From contig CAVVJT010000007.1 in NCBI GenBank assembly GCA_963748625.1, forward strand, positions 320,001-384,000: a stretch of DNA of 64,000 nt, given 5' to 3'. The translations under genes and the position numbers were made by a program. Of this stretch, positions 29,035 through 38,921 are shown piece after piece. How positions within the stretch are numbered: position 1 is the stretch's first letter; every line of letters starts with the position of its first letter. The notes under the pieces were generated by a model, which worked only from the letters and a program-made list of their open reading frames with translations, did not search any database and was not told the DNA's origin. This stretch comes from an uncultured Chloroflexia bacterium. Lineage in GTDB: Bacteria > Chloroflexota > Limnocylindria > Limnocylindrales > CSP1-4.

Positions 29035-30083
29035 CCGAGGACCCCACCGGGGGTGGTGGCGCCGGGGCCCAGCGCCCGGACATGACCCGTGAGCGCGCTC
29101 GCACGGAGCGGCGCGACCTTGACAAGGAGCGCGGCGAGCCGGTTGCGGGGTCGCGCGGCCAGCACCGGTCGATCAAGCGCCTGGGTCGTCCGCTGGGCGA
29201 CTGGTCCAGGCGGCCGCGGATCCTGGTCACCAACGACGACGGTATCGAGTCGCAGGGTCTCATGGCGCTCAAGCTCGCCCTCGACCCGATCGGTGACGTC
29301 ACCGTGGTCGCGCCCGACCTCAACCAGTCCGCCGTCGGCCACCAGAAGACCCTGATGCGGCCGTTGCGGGTGCGCGAGCGTCCGCTGCCCGACGGCTCGA
29401 CCGGCTACTCGGTGGACGGCTCCCCCACCGACTGCGTGAGCCTCGCCTTCCTGGGCTTCTTCGAGCACCGGTTCGACCTTGTCGCGTCCGGCATCAACTA
29501 CGGCGCGAACCTGGGCGACGACATCACCTACTCGGGCACCGTGGCGGCGGCGATGGAGGCCGTGATCAACAACTGCCCCGCCTTCGGCATCTCGCTCGAG
29601 TACGGCGACCAGGTGGACTTCACGCTGTCGTCCCTCGCGGCCGCCGTGGTTGCGCGCAACATCCTCGAGCACGGGCTGCACAAGGGCGAGCTGCTCTCGG
29701 TCAACGTCCCCGCGGCAAGTGTCGAGGCGTGCGAGGGCTTCGAGGTCACGCGGGTCGGCAAGCGCGTCTACCAGGACCAGCTCATCCGGCGCGTCGACCC
29801 GCGCGGGCTGCCGTACTACTGGATCGGGGGGCTGCCGCCGTCGGGGATCAGCGTGCCCGGCACGGACTTCCACGCGGTGGTCAACCGGCGCATCTCCGTG
29901 ACCCCGGTCCACCTGGACCTCACCGGCCGGCGGCTGATCCGCGAGGCGAAAACCTGGGACTGGTCGATGCCAGCCATCGGTCCGGGCGAGGGCGAGGTGC
30001 CGGTCGAGGCGGTCGAGGTGCCGATCGCCCTGGAGGCCGAGCAGGCGCTCCTGATCGCCGAGGCGAAGGCCGAGCGCCGGTAG
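29031..30083 (+). CDS. surE: 5'/3'-nucleotidase SurE
   Basis: ILVTNDDGI, VVAPDLNQSA, GSPTDCV, SGINYGANLG, YSGTVAAA, YYWIGG. Confidence 0.95.
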   Translation: MTEDPTGGGGAGAQRPDMTRERARTERRDLDKERGEPVAGSRGQHRSIKRLGRPLGDWSRRPRILVTNDDGIESQGLMALKLALDPIGDVTVVAPDLNQSAVGHQKTLMRPLRVRERPLPDGSTGYSVDGSPTDCVSLAFLGFFEHRFDLVASGINYGANLGDDITYSGTVAAAMEAVINNCPAFGISLEYGDQVDFTLSSLAAAVVARNILEHGLHKGELLSVNVPAASVEACEGFEVTRVGKRVYQDQLIRRVDPRGLPYYWIGGLPPSGISVPGTDFHAVVNRRISVTPVHLDLTGRRLIREAKTWDWSMPAIGPGEGEVPVEAVEVPIALEAEQALLIAEAKAERR

Positions 30084-30088
30084 CGACG

Positions 30089-30934
30089 CTACCCGCGGGG
30101 CGGACCCGCCTGCACGCGCGCGAACACGTCCCCCGTGGTGCCCCGGAAGCCGTGGATGCCCTCGAGCCACCACGTCGCTCCAGCATCGGCCCAGCGCGTG
30201 GCCTTCGCGATGGCGTCCGGACCCGTGCCCGTGGTCTCCCCGTGCACACCGACCGTGAACGGTGCCTCGGGTGCGAGCCCCGCCTGCGCCCGGAGTCCGT
30301 GGATCTCCGCGATGGCGGCCCGCAGCTCGTCCGGGGTCATCTCATCGTTGCCCTGCTGGTCGACGGCGTACGGGATCCAACCGTCGTGGCGGGCTGCACG
30401 GCGTCGCGCGGCCGCACTATGCCCACCGATCCACACCGGCACCGGGTCCTGCAGCGGGAGCGGCGCCAGCGTCACTCCCTCCACCGTGCACGCCGCACCC
30501 CGATGCGTCACGGTCTCGCCGGCCAGCAGGGGCCGGACCATCGAGAGCATCTCGTCCGTCCGGGCCGCCCGTTCACGGAGGTCCTCGGGCTCGCCCGCGG
30601 CCCGGTATTCCTCCGCGGCGCCCCCGATCCCTACCCCGAGGACCAGGCGCCCGCCGGACAGCCGGTCGATCGTGGCCACGCGGTTCGCGAACGGCAGCGG
30701 CCGCTCCCGCGCGATCACCGCGACGTCCGTACCCACCAGCAGACGCTCCGTCGCCAGAGCACAGGCTGTGACCAGCGTCCACGGGTCGCCGGAGGGCGGA
30801 CCCCAGGTGAACGCGAGGTGGTCCCAGACGAGCAGCGCCTCCCACCCGGCAGCCTCAGCAGACCGGGCCAGGTCGACCATGACCCGCGCCTCAGCGAAGT
30901 CACCGAAGTTCATCACCGAGAGTCCGTAGTGCAC
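30089..30934 (-). CDS. LLM-class (luciferase-like) flavin/F420-dependent oxidoreductase
   Basis: AEAAGWEALLVWDH, DPWTLV, IDRLSGGRLVLGVGIG, PVWIGG, DGWIP; GAGGAG SD. Confidence 0.9.
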   Translation of the reverse strand: MHYGLSVMNFGDFAEARVMVDLARSAEAAGWEALLVWDHLAFTWGPPSGDPWTLVTACALATERLLVGTDVAVIARERPLPFANRVATIDRLSGGRLVLGVGIGGAAEEYRAAGEPEDLRERAARTDEMLSMVRPLLAGETVTHRGAACTVEGVTLAPLPLQDPVPVWIGGHSAAARRRAARHDGWIPYAVDQQGNDEMTPDELRAAIAEIHGLRAQAGLAPEAPFTVGVHGETTGTGPDAIAKATRWADAGATWWLEGIHGFRGTTGDVFARVQAGPPRG

Positions 30935-31011
30935 GCGAGTCTCCTCTTCGACGCCATGTGCACGCGGGAACCGCCCGGCGCCCCGAGGGATCCGCCAGCC
31001 GGGGAACGCTG

Positions 31012-32625
31012 CTACGTGCGCTTCCTCTTCCGGTCCGCGATGACCTGGCTCGCAGCATTCCTGCCCGGCAGCGCCGTGACGCCGCCGCCCGGGTGCGCGC
31101 CCGATCCGGCGAGATACAGCCCCTCGACCGGCATCCGGTAGCGGGCCCAGCCCAGCAGCGGCCGCCACAGGAAGAACGAGTCCAGCCCGGGTTCCGCGTG
31201 GAGCGGGTGGCCACCGGTGAGCCCGTACTCGGACGCAAGGTCGGCCGGCGTCAGCACCTGTCGTGCGCGCACTCGTGAGCCCAGCCCCGGCGCCACCGAC
31301 TCGAGCGTCCGCACGGCGAGATCGCCAACCGCCTCGCGCTGTGCAGCCCAGAACGCCTCCTCCTGCTTGGGCGGCATCCACTGCATCACGATGCTGATGA
31401 CGTGCGTGCCCTCCGGCGCGCCGGCGACCAGCGAGGGATCGACCAGCGATGGGATGGTCGCCTCGAGGACGGGCTCCTCCGGGATGCGCCCGTACTTCGA
31501 CGCGTCGAAGGCGTGCTCCATGTGGTCGATGGAGGAGGCACCCACGAGGATCCGGCCGCGCAGCTTGCGCGCATCGCCGTCCGCAGCCGGGAACTCCGGC
31601 AGCCCGTCCACGACCAGGTTGACCTTGGCCACGGTGCCGGGCGTGCGGATGTTGCCGGCGCGCCAGCGCATCGAGGGGCCCACGGTCACCGGATCGATGA
31701 GCCTGGTGAGCAGCTGCTTGGGATCGATGCCGCCGACGATCGTCGACGCTGCGATCTCCTCGCCCGAGGCGAGCACGACGCCCGTGACCGCGCCCTCGGC
31801 CGTGGTGATCCTGACCACGCGCGTGCCGGTGCGGATCTCGGCCCCGGCGGCCTGCGCGGCTGCGGCGAGCGCGCCCGACAGCGCGGACGGCCCGCCCTTG
31901 ACGAACACGGTTTCCCCAGCAGCCCCGCCGTCGTTGCCGGCGGCATCGGCCAGGAGCCAGGAGGTGGACCCGGCCGACCAGGGGCCGGTGGCGGTGTAGC
32001 GGACCGCGCGCCAGGCCATGGCCGCGCGCACCGGCTCGCTCTCGAACGACTCGGACACGAAGTCCGCAGCCGCCATCGCAAGCACGCGCAGGATCGCCCG
32101 GCCATCGTCCTTGCCGAGGCCGCGGAACGCGCGACCCAGCCGCAGGCCCAGGAGCGCGTCGCCAAAGCCCGGACCGGCGATGTCCGGCGGGATCTCGTCG
32201 CCGAGATCCGCGAGGAAGCGGGACAGGGACCGCACGCGGCGGTCGTACTCGACCAGCGAGGCGGCGTCGTTCTCGGAGAAGACCCGCATCGCCTCGACGC
32301 TGCTGGCGAGGTCCGAGTAGAGCGTGACCGCGCGGCCGTCGGGCTGCGGCGCGAACAGCCGGACCTCCGGCGCCACGAGCGAGAGGCCGTACTTGGCCAG
32401 CTCCAGCTCGCGGACCACGGACGGCTTGAGCCGCCCGACCGTGTGCGCCAGCGTGGGAACCCGGACCCCGCCCAGCTCCTCCGTGACCGCGGCGCCGCCG
32501 ACGATCGGACGCGCCTCGAGCACGAGCACCCGCAGGCCCGAGCGGGCGATGTAGGCGGCGGCGGTCAGACCGTTGTGGCCGGCCCCGACGACGATCGCGT
32601 CGTACTGGTTCATCAGCGTCGTCAT
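31012..32625 (-). CDS. Phytoene-desaturase-like FAD-dependent oxidoreductase (PYROXD2 family), subunit 2
   Basis: DAIVVGAGHNGL, GGAAVTEE, LTPADL, GLTGGHPLH, YLAGSGAHPGGGVTALPG. Confidence 0.88.
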   Translation of the reverse strand: MTTLMNQYDAIVVGAGHNGLTAAAYIARSGLRVLVLEARPIVGGAAVTEELGGVRVPTLAHTVGRLKPSVVRELELAKYGLSLVAPEVRLFAPQPDGRAVTLYSDLASSVEAMRVFSENDAASLVEYDRRVRSLSRFLADLGDEIPPDIAGPGFGDALLGLRLGRAFRGLGKDDGRAILRVLAMAAADFVSESFESEPVRAAMAWRAVRYTATGPWSAGSTSWLLADAAGNDGGAAGETVFVKGGPSALSGALAAAAQAAGAEIRTGTRVVRITTAEGAVTGVVLASGEEIAASTIVGGIDPKQLLTRLIDPVTVGPSMRWRAGNIRTPGTVAKVNLVVDGLPEFPAADGDARKLRGRILVGASSIDHMEHAFDASKYGRIPEEPVLEATIPSLVDPSLVAGAPEGTHVISIVMQWMPPKQEEAFWAAQREAVGDLAVRTLESVAPGLGSRVRARQVLTPADLASEYGLTGGHPLHAEPGLDSFFLWRPLLGWARYRMPVEGLYLAGSGAHPGGGVTALPGRNAASQVIADRKRKRT

Positions 32626-32627
32626 CG

Positions 32628-34256
32628 TCAGGCCACCTTCCGGCCGCGGGACTTGAGGACCTCGAGCGCGGCGAGGCGCCCGTTGGCGCCCATCAGGCCA
32701 CCGCCGGGGTGGGTGGACGAGCCCGAGAGCCACAGGCCCTGGATTGGGGTCTTGAAGCGGGCCCAGCCCGGGACCGGCCGGTTGAAGAACAGCTGCTCGA
32801 GGCTGAGCTCGCCCTGGAAGATGTTGCCCTCGGTCAGGCCCATCGTCCGCTCGATGTCGAGCGGGGTCAGGACCTGGCGGCCGATGATGATGTCGCGGAT
32901 GTTCGGCGCGAACTCGCTGATGCGGTTGATGACCGCGTCCCCGAACTTGTCCCGGTTGCCGTTGTCATCCCAGGTGCCCAGCTCTGGCGCCAGCTTGTAC
33001 GGCGCGTACTGGACGAAGCACGAGATCACGTGCTTGCCTGGTGGTGCCATCTGGGGATCGACCAGCGTCGGGATGATCATGTCGATGTACGGCTTCTCGC
33101 TCCAGCGGCCGTACTTGGCATCGTCGTACGCCTGCTCCATCTCCACCGTCGACGGCGAGTAGGAGATCGCGCCGCGCAGGTGCTCGCCCACGCCCGAGAT
33201 GGACGTGAACTCGGGCAGCCGGTCCACCGCGAGGTTGACCTTGCCGGAGCTGCCGCGGAACTTGAAGCGTCGGATACCCGCCTCGAACTCCGGGTCGAGC
33301 GTGTTGGGCTCGAGCAGGTCGAGGAAGGTCACCTTCGCGTCGGCGGAGCTCAGCACCACCGAGGCCTCGATCTCCTCGCCGGACTCCAGCGCGACGCCCG
33401 TGGCCTTGCCGTTCTTGACGATGATCCGGGCGACCGGAGCCTCGGTGCGGATCTCGGCGCCGAGGGCCTGGGCGGCCCGCGCGATCGAGTACGACACGCC
33501 ACCGGTGCCGCCCTTCGGGATGCCCCACGCGCGGAAGGCGCCGTCGATCTCGCCCATGTAGTGGTGCAGGAGGACGTACGCCGTGCCGGGCGAGTTGATG
33601 CCCTGGTACGTGCCGATGATCCCAGAGGCGGACATCGTTGCCTTGAGCGGGTCGGTCTCGAACCACTGGTCGAGGAAGTCCTTGGCCGACATCGTCATCA
33701 GCTGGACGAAGACCGCCTGCTGGCGCTCCGGCAGCTGGCTGAAGCGCTTCATGAGCGATGCCAGGGGCATCAGCGGCCGCGGGTCATTGTCGGTGGGGTC
33801 CGCCGGCACGATCCCGAGGATCGGCTTGATGAAGCGGGCCATCTCCACCATGAGCTGGCCGTATTCCTCGTACGCCTCGGCGTCGCTCTTGGACCAGCGG
33901 CGCAGCTCGCGGATGGTGCGGCCGTGGTCGTTGACACGCCACAGGTAGTCGCCGCCGCCGGCTTTCGGTCCTTCGCCGGGGCGGAGCGGGGTGAACGTGC
34001 CGTCGAGCGGAAGGATGTCCAGGCCGAACTTGGGCAGGTTCAGCTCGCGGATGACCTCGGGCCGCAGCAGCGAGACCACGTAGCTCGCGACCGAGAACTT
34101 GAACCCCGGGATGATCTCCTCGGTGACGGCGGCGCCGCCGAGGACGTACCGGCGCTCCAGCACCAGCGTCTTGAGCCCGGCACGCGCCAGGTACGCGGCG
34201 GAGATGAGCCCGTTGTGGCCTCCACCGATGATCACCGCGTCGTAGCGCTGCGGCAC
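32628..34256 (-). CDS. Phytoene-desaturase-like FAD-dependent oxidoreductase (PYROXD2 family), subunit 1
   Basis: DAVIIGGGHNGL, SPGTAYVLLHHYMG, GLTEGNIFQGEL, GSSTHPGGGLMGANG; AGGAGG SD. Confidence 0.9.
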   Translation of the reverse strand: MPQRYDAVIIGGGHNGLISAAYLARAGLKTLVLERRYVLGGAAVTEEIIPGFKFSVASYVVSLLRPEVIRELNLPKFGLDILPLDGTFTPLRPGEGPKAGGGDYLWRVNDHGRTIRELRRWSKSDAEAYEEYGQLMVEMARFIKPILGIVPADPTDNDPRPLMPLASLMKRFSQLPERQQAVFVQLMTMSAKDFLDQWFETDPLKATMSASGIIGTYQGINSPGTAYVLLHHYMGEIDGAFRAWGIPKGGTGGVSYSIARAAQALGAEIRTEAPVARIIVKNGKATGVALESGEEIEASVVLSSADAKVTFLDLLEPNTLDPEFEAGIRRFKFRGSSGKVNLAVDRLPEFTSISGVGEHLRGAISYSPSTVEMEQAYDDAKYGRWSEKPYIDMIIPTLVDPQMAPPGKHVISCFVQYAPYKLAPELGTWDDNGNRDKFGDAVINRISEFAPNIRDIIIGRQVLTPLDIERTMGLTEGNIFQGELSLEQLFFNRPVPGWARFKTPIQGLWLSGSSTHPGGGLMGANGRLAALEVLKSRGRKVA

Positions 34257-34317
34257 GCGACCCTCCTGGTTGACCCGCGAGCGGGGGCATCGCGCGCGAG
34301 CGCCCGCTGCTATTCAC

Positions 34318-34337
34318 CCTGCATAGCGTTGATGCAG
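34318..34337. promoter_or_regulatory. Palindromic operator TGCAT-N7-ATGCA (copy 1), adjacent to a TAGACT -10
   Basis: cctgcatagcgttgatgcag; a matching site lies at 39637-39656. Confidence 0.6.
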
Positions 34338-34438
34338 TCTAGCCGACGCCACCGGCGCGGGGGCCGCCGGGGTTGCGCGTCCGGCAGGTGCGCGCGGCGC
34401 CGGGTTGCGCGCCCCGTCGTGTGCGCTAGCGTGGCCGC

Positions 34439-34936
34439 ATGCGCACGCTGCAGCGGCCGGACGACCGCAACCCTGCCAGCGCTCCGGCGGACCGGCTGGC
34501 CGCGCTCGAGGCCGCTCTGTCCCGTCTCGCGGATGCCGCTCGGGCCCTTCCGGACGTCGACATCCCGGCCACGGGAACGTGGTCCGCTCGGATGGTGCTC
34601 GCGCACGTGGTGTTCTGGCACGAGAGCTTCGCGCGCAACGTGGCCGACATCGCGGCCGGGCGGCGACCGACGCCCCTGCGCGGCACCTATGCAGTCCTGG
34701 CCGGGCGGGCACGGGCGGAGCTGGGCGACCTGGACGTTCCCGAGCTCCTGGAGAGGGTGGCGGCCGCGCAGGCGGTGATCCGCCGGCACATCGGGGAGCC
34801 GGGCATCGACCTGATCCCCTACCGGCAGGGCTCCCGGCCGTACACGCCGGCCGAGCATCTTCGCGTGACGGCCGACCACGTCCGGCAGCATGCGGCAGAG
34901 CTGGAACGCGCCTACCCGGGGCCGGCGAGCGGGTGA
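34439..34936 (+). CDS. DinB/YfiT-like four-helix-bundle protein
   Basis: WSARMVLAHVVFW and C-terminal HVRQH metal-ligand pattern; TAGCGT 6 nt before ATG. Confidence 0.75.
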   Translation: MRTLQRPDDRNPASAPADRLAALEAALSRLADAARALPDVDIPATGTWSARMVLAHVVFWHESFARNVADIAAGRRPTPLRGTYAVLAGRARAELGDLDVPELLERVAAAQAVIRRHIGEPGIDLIPYRQGSRPYTPAEHLRVTADHVRQHAAELERAYPGPASG

Positions 34937-34938
34937 CC

Positions 34939-35025
34939 CGCAGGCGGCCGGATCGCAGGCGGCCGGATCGCAGGCGGCCGGATCGCAGGCGGCCGGATCG
35001 CAGTCGGCCGGATCGCAGTCGGCCG
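34939..35025. repeat. 15-bp tandem repeat, about 5.8 copies
   Basis: cgcaggcggccggat x4, then cgcagtcggccggat and a partial copy. Confidence 0.92.
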
Positions 35026-35080
35026 CCGCAGCGCCGCGTCGAGGTCGGCCTGGCGGCCCGCCGCGGCCATCGTGGCAGCA

Positions 35081-35130
35081 GATGTGTGTACGTCCGTGTG
35101 CTAGCATGTGTGCATCGCTCAGCACACATC
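35081..35130 (+). promoter_or_regulatory. Promoter/autoregulatory operator of toxin-antitoxin module 1
   Basis: Inverted repeat gatgtgtg/cacacatc, internal GTGTG repeats, TAGCAT -10 at 35102-35107. Confidence 0.55.
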
Positions 35131-35140
35131 GGAGCACACC

Positions 35141-35434
35141 ATGAGCCTGGTCCGCACGAACATCACCATCCCCAAGGACGTCATGGACATGCTCGATGAG
35201 GTTGCAGGCCCCCGGGGGCGGTCTGCCTACATCAGCGAGCTCGTCGCCCGCGAGGTCAAGCGCCAACGGTCTCTCAAGATCATCCGGGAGACCGCGGGCG
35301 CACTGGAGGGCAACTCGGCCTGGGGCGCCACGCCGGAGGAGCGTGACGCGAACCTGCGCGAGGTCCGCGACAGCTGGGACCGCGACGACCGCATCTGGCC
35401 GACGCAGGAGGCAGCGGATGCCGTATCTGCTTGA
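35141..35434 (+). CDS. Ribbon-helix-helix antitoxin (VapB/CopG-like)
   Basis: VRTNITIPKDVMDMLDEVAGPRGRSAYISELV RHH pattern; overlaps the downstream PIN gene. Confidence 0.85.
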   Translation: MSLVRTNITIPKDVMDMLDEVAGPRGRSAYISELVAREVKRQRSLKIIRETAGALEGNSAWGATPEERDANLREVRDSWDRDDRIWPTQEAADAVSA

Positions 35435-35810
35435 CACGACGGTCATCGCCGATCACGTGGACGGGATCCACGGTGCGCCCGGGGTACTCGAGCGGTTGTT
35501 CGCAGAGACTGGCGACATCTACATCTGTGATGCGACCGTCGCCGAGGTGATGTCAAAGGGGTCGGAGATGCAGCTTTCGCAGGCGGATCGGCTGCTCGGG
35601 GCGTTCGAGTACGTCTCGACGAGCCCGAAGGCTGCGCGGCGCGCAGGAGCCCTGAGGCGCGCGCGAGGACAGACGTCACACCGGCGGCTGGGAGATTCAC
35701 TGATCGCCGCAGTGGCCTGGTCACTGGACGCCACCGTGGTCACGCGCAATCCGAAGGACTTCGAGGGCTACGGAGTCCAAGTCCTGGCCTACGGTCAGAC
35801 GTCCGGCTGA
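35418..35810 (+). CDS. vapC: PIN-domain toxin (VapC-like)
   Basis: YLLDTTVI, VAEV, LGDSLIAAVA, VVTRNPKDF. Confidence 0.9.
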   Translation: MPYLLDTTVIADHVDGIHGAPGVLERLFAETGDIYICDATVAEVMSKGSEMQLSQADRLLGAFEYVSTSPKAARRAGALRRARGQTSHRRLGDSLIAAVAWSLDATVVTRNPKDFEGYGVQVLAYGQTSG

Positions 35811-35822
35811 GGAGGCGCCGGG

Positions 35823-38777
35823 CTACCAGCCCTCGGCCAGCGTCCGGTCCAGCGCGTCCACCACCACGTCGGCGCTCTCCCGGGTGATGCACAGCGGCGG
35901 CTTCACCTTGAGCACGTTGTTGCCGTCGCCGGTGGGCTGGATCACCACGCCCAGCTCCAGCATCCGCTCGCAGATCGCGATGGCCTCCTCGGTCGCGGGC
36001 TCCAGGGTCTCCGGATCACGGACCAGCTCAACGCCCAGGTAGAGGCCCATCCCGTGCACGGCGCCCACGATCTCGGGGTGCCGGGCGGCGACCACCGAGA
36101 GACCAGCCTTCAGGTGCCCGCCGACGACCCGCGCGTTCTCCTGCAGCCGCTCCCGATCCATCGTCTCGAGCACCGTGATGCCGGCGGCGCAGCCCACGGG
36201 TGAACCGCCCACCGACGAGAAGAACGAGCCCTCCGCGGCGAACGCGTCGGCGATCGCGCGCGTCGTGACAACGGCGCCCACGGCCATCCCGTTGCCGGCG
36301 GCCTTGGCGACCGACACGATGTCCGGGACGACACCCTGCTGCTCGAATGCCCACTGGTACGCACCCAGCCTGCCGTACCCGGTCTGGACCTCGTCGGCGA
36401 TGGAAACGCCGCCGGCCGCACGCACGTCGCGGTAGACCTGGGCGAGGTAGCCGTCGGGAAGGACGATGCCGCCCGCGTTGCCGAACAGCGGTTCCGCGAT
36501 GAAGGCGGCGGGCGCCCTCCCCTCCGCGGCCAGGCCGGCCAGCGACGCGCGAACGTCATCCGCGTACCGGTCGCCTGCGTCGGGGCCGCGGAACGCGCCT
36601 CGGTAGGTGTTCGGTGCTTCGACAAGGCGTACCCAGCCCGGCCTGGTCCCGATCGCGCGCGGATTGTCGAGGTGCGACGTCGTGATCGCGTCGGTCGCGC
36701 CGGTCCAGCCGTGGTACGCGCCACGGACGGCGAGCACATCGTCGTTGCCCGTCGCGCAGCGCGCCAGGCGCAGGGCCAGCTCATTCGCCTCGGAGCCGGT
36801 GTTGACGAGGAAGACGGTGTCGAGCGGGTCAGGGAAGCGGGCCGCGAGCGCCTCGGCGAACTCCACCATGACGCCGTAGAGGAACCTGGAGTTCGTGTTC
36901 AGGCGGGCAAGCTGGTGCAGGACCGCCCGCTCGACGGCCGGGTGGCTGTGGCCCAGGACCGCCACGTTGTTGACGACGTCGATCCGGGCTCGGCCACGCG
37001 TGTCCACGAGGTGCTGCCGCCAGCCACGTTCGATGCGGGGAGGTGTCGCGTAGTAGTGCTCCTGGGTGGCCGCCAGCACGTGGCCGCGCCGTTCGAGGAG
37101 GGCGGCCGCATCGTCGGGCGGGGCGACCGCAAGCCCGGCGGGCAGGCCCAGCAGCGCCGACGGGTCAGGGCAGAGCTGCAGCCACGCGTCCGCGAGCGAT
37201 GGCACGGCCCGTCGGGGCGCGTCAAGTCCCGGCAGCGCCACGAGTTGGACGTGCAGGAGCGACGGCCGGTTCAGCGGGCCGTGCGGGTCCACGTCCCCCA
37301 CGATGTCGCCCGCCTGAACGGCCGTACCGGCGTCCACCGTCAGCACGACGCCGTCCAGCCGCACGTCGAAGTCGGGCGTTCCCAGGACGAGGCCCGCGGG
37401 CGTGGGCCGGACGACCCCCGCGACCGGGGCGCGGACCGCGAGCCCGGCCGGCAGGTAGAGATCCACGCCCAGGTGGACCGTGGCCGCCTCGATGGTCGCG
37501 TCGAGCTCCACGTCGGTGAGGCGCGCCTCGCCCCAGCGGCCCACAGGCATCAGCCCGTCATCCCGGATCCCTGTGACCAGCTCGCCGATCCGCTCCGGAT
37601 CGCCCGTCGCGCGCCCGGGCAGGGCGTCGGACGTGGTGGACAGGTCGAGCGCCTTGAGCAGGCGCGGATCCAGCACGACCGGGGACACGGCGCCTGCGGG
37701 CACGCTGAACCGGCGTGCCGGACCCAGCCCCGCCGCCTCGCGCAGCACGGCCTCCGCAAGCGGATACGGCATGGCCGCCACCGCCTCGAATGCGGCCCAC
37801 TCCTCATCCCGGACGGCGAGGACGTAGGTGTTGTCGGGCTCCAGTGCCGCTTGCTGGTCGCCACTCACGGCGACGGACGCTGCCCGGGCGACCACCATGG
37901 GCCAGATCGCGGCAATCTCCGCGTCCACGAGCGGCAGCAGGTCCATGAACCCCCTGGAGATCTCGCGCGCGAGCTGGAGCGGCTCCTCCAACGCGTGGAA
38001 GCTGTCGGCAGCGATCGTCACCGCGAGGTCCGACGCGATCCACGTCCGCGACAGGTCCCCGAAGTCGATGAGGCCGGTGGGCATCGGCCGTCCGGCGCGA
38101 TCCCGACGCGTGACCGTGTTGACGTCCGTCACGTCCGCGTGGATCGCACGAATGCGGAGGTCGGGTGCCAGCCGCTCCAGGGCGACCGCCGCGTCGGCCG
38201 TGGCCCGCTCGGCGAGCGCCCGGCGGGCCGGGGTGGAGCTGAACCGCGCCAGCGCGTCCACCACGTGGGCCGCGAACCGCAGGTCCCACTGGAGCTCCCG
38301 ATCCAGCGCCGGGTGGTCCCAGTCCTCGAGCGCCAGCGACATGCGGGCCGCCATCGCGCCATGCAGGCGGAGGACCGAGGGCGCCAGGTAGCCGGCGCCG
38401 TCCATCGGCTCACCGTCGAGATAGGTGACCAGCCGCACGTCGTGGCGGTCCCCGGCCAGCGTGCTCACGCTCGCGACCAGCGCCCCATCGAGCGCCGCCT
38501 GCGGCACGGGCACCTCGAACGGCAGGTCTGCGGCGGCCGCGCGCAGCATCGCCTCGTTCTCCGCCTCGAGCTCGGAGCGCGTGATCCCCTGGCGGGCCAC
38601 CTTCAGCACGAACCGCTCCCCCTCCGGGGTGTCCACCCGGAAGTTGCGGTCCTGGTGGGATCCCAGCTCGCGCAGGAGCCCGGTACGCCCGAAGGTGTGC
38701 TCGAGGAGGACGAGCGCCTCGTCGGCCTCGACGGCGGGCCGGCGGTGCTCATGACCGAGGAACGGGTTGTCCGACAT
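35823..38777 (-). CDS. Fusion of APH-like kinase, degenerate M23-like segment and class III PLP aminotransferase/phospho-lyase
   Basis: ELGSHQDRNF, IHADVTDVN, GLIDFGD; VHLGVDLY..PVAG; NNVAVLGHSHP, NTGSEANELA, ADEVQTGYGR, VAKAAGNG, VLKVKPP. Confidence 0.9.
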   Translation of the reverse strand: MSDNPFLGHEHRRPAVEADEALVLLEHTFGRTGLLRELGSHQDRNFRVDTPEGERFVLKVARQGITRSELEAENEAMLRAAAADLPFEVPVPQAALDGALVASVSTLAGDRHDVRLVTYLDGEPMDGAGYLAPSVLRLHGAMAARMSLALEDWDHPALDRELQWDLRFAAHVVDALARFSSTPARRALAERATADAAVALERLAPDLRIRAIHADVTDVNTVTRRDRAGRPMPTGLIDFGDLSRTWIASDLAVTIAADSFHALEEPLQLAREISRGFMDLLPLVDAEIAAIWPMVVARAASVAVSGDQQAALEPDNTYVLAVRDEEWAAFEAVAAMPYPLAEAVLREAAGLGPARRFSVPAGAVSPVVLDPRLLKALDLSTTSDALPGRATGDPERIGELVTGIRDDGLMPVGRWGEARLTDVELDATIEAATVHLGVDLYLPAGLAVRAPVAGVVRPTPAGLVLGTPDFDVRLDGVVLTVDAGTAVQAGDIVGDVDPHGPLNRPSLLHVQLVALPGLDAPRRAVPSLADAWLQLCPDPSALLGLPAGLAVAPPDDAAALLERRGHVLAATQEHYYATPPRIERGWRQHLVDTRGRARIDVVNNVAVLGHSHPAVERAVLHQLARLNTNSRFLYGVMVEFAEALAARFPDPLDTVFLVNTGSEANELALRLARCATGNDDVLAVRGAYHGWTGATDAITTSHLDNPRAIGTRPGWVRLVEAPNTYRGAFRGPDAGDRYADDVRASLAGLAAEGRAPAAFIAEPLFGNAGGIVLPDGYLAQVYRDVRAAGGVSIADEVQTGYGRLGAYQWAFEQQGVVPDIVSVAKAAGNGMAVGAVVTTRAIADAFAAEGSFFSSVGGSPVGCAAGITVLETMDRERLQENARVVGGHLKAGLSVVAARHPEIVGAVHGMGLYLGVELVRDPETLEPATEEAIAICERMLELGVVIQPTGDGNNVLKVKPPLCITRESADVVVDALDRTLAEGW

Positions 38778-38824
38778 GGACGCATCGTCGCAGATCGCGG
38801 CCCGATCACACACGGCCAATCGAC

Positions 38825-38847
38825 GGCCAATCTTGACAAGAGTGGCC
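38825..38847. promoter_or_regulatory. Imperfect 23-bp palindrome containing TTGACA in the divergent promoter region
   Basis: ggccaatcttgacaagagtggcc; preceded by an acggccaatc direct repeat. Confidence 0.4.
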
Positions 38848-38921
38848 GGCGACCCCGACCTTGCTGTAGGTTCGCCACATCGTCATACTTACTCTACAGT
38901 TTCATACCGTGGCGGTGACAT

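Noticed and set aside
31012-34256. crtI/crtO carotenoid biosynthesis genes
   Set aside because: No crtB, crtE or crtY neighbours; motifs and context fit the PYROXD2-like pair associated with GcvT-like genes
34318-34337. ArgR box
   Set aside because: Half-sites resemble ARG boxes, but the spacer is 7 bp rather than 4; reported as an unassigned operator
34939-35025. Tandem repeats (also 44795-44874 and 62635-62896) as CRISPR arrays
   Set aside because: Contiguous units with no unique spacers
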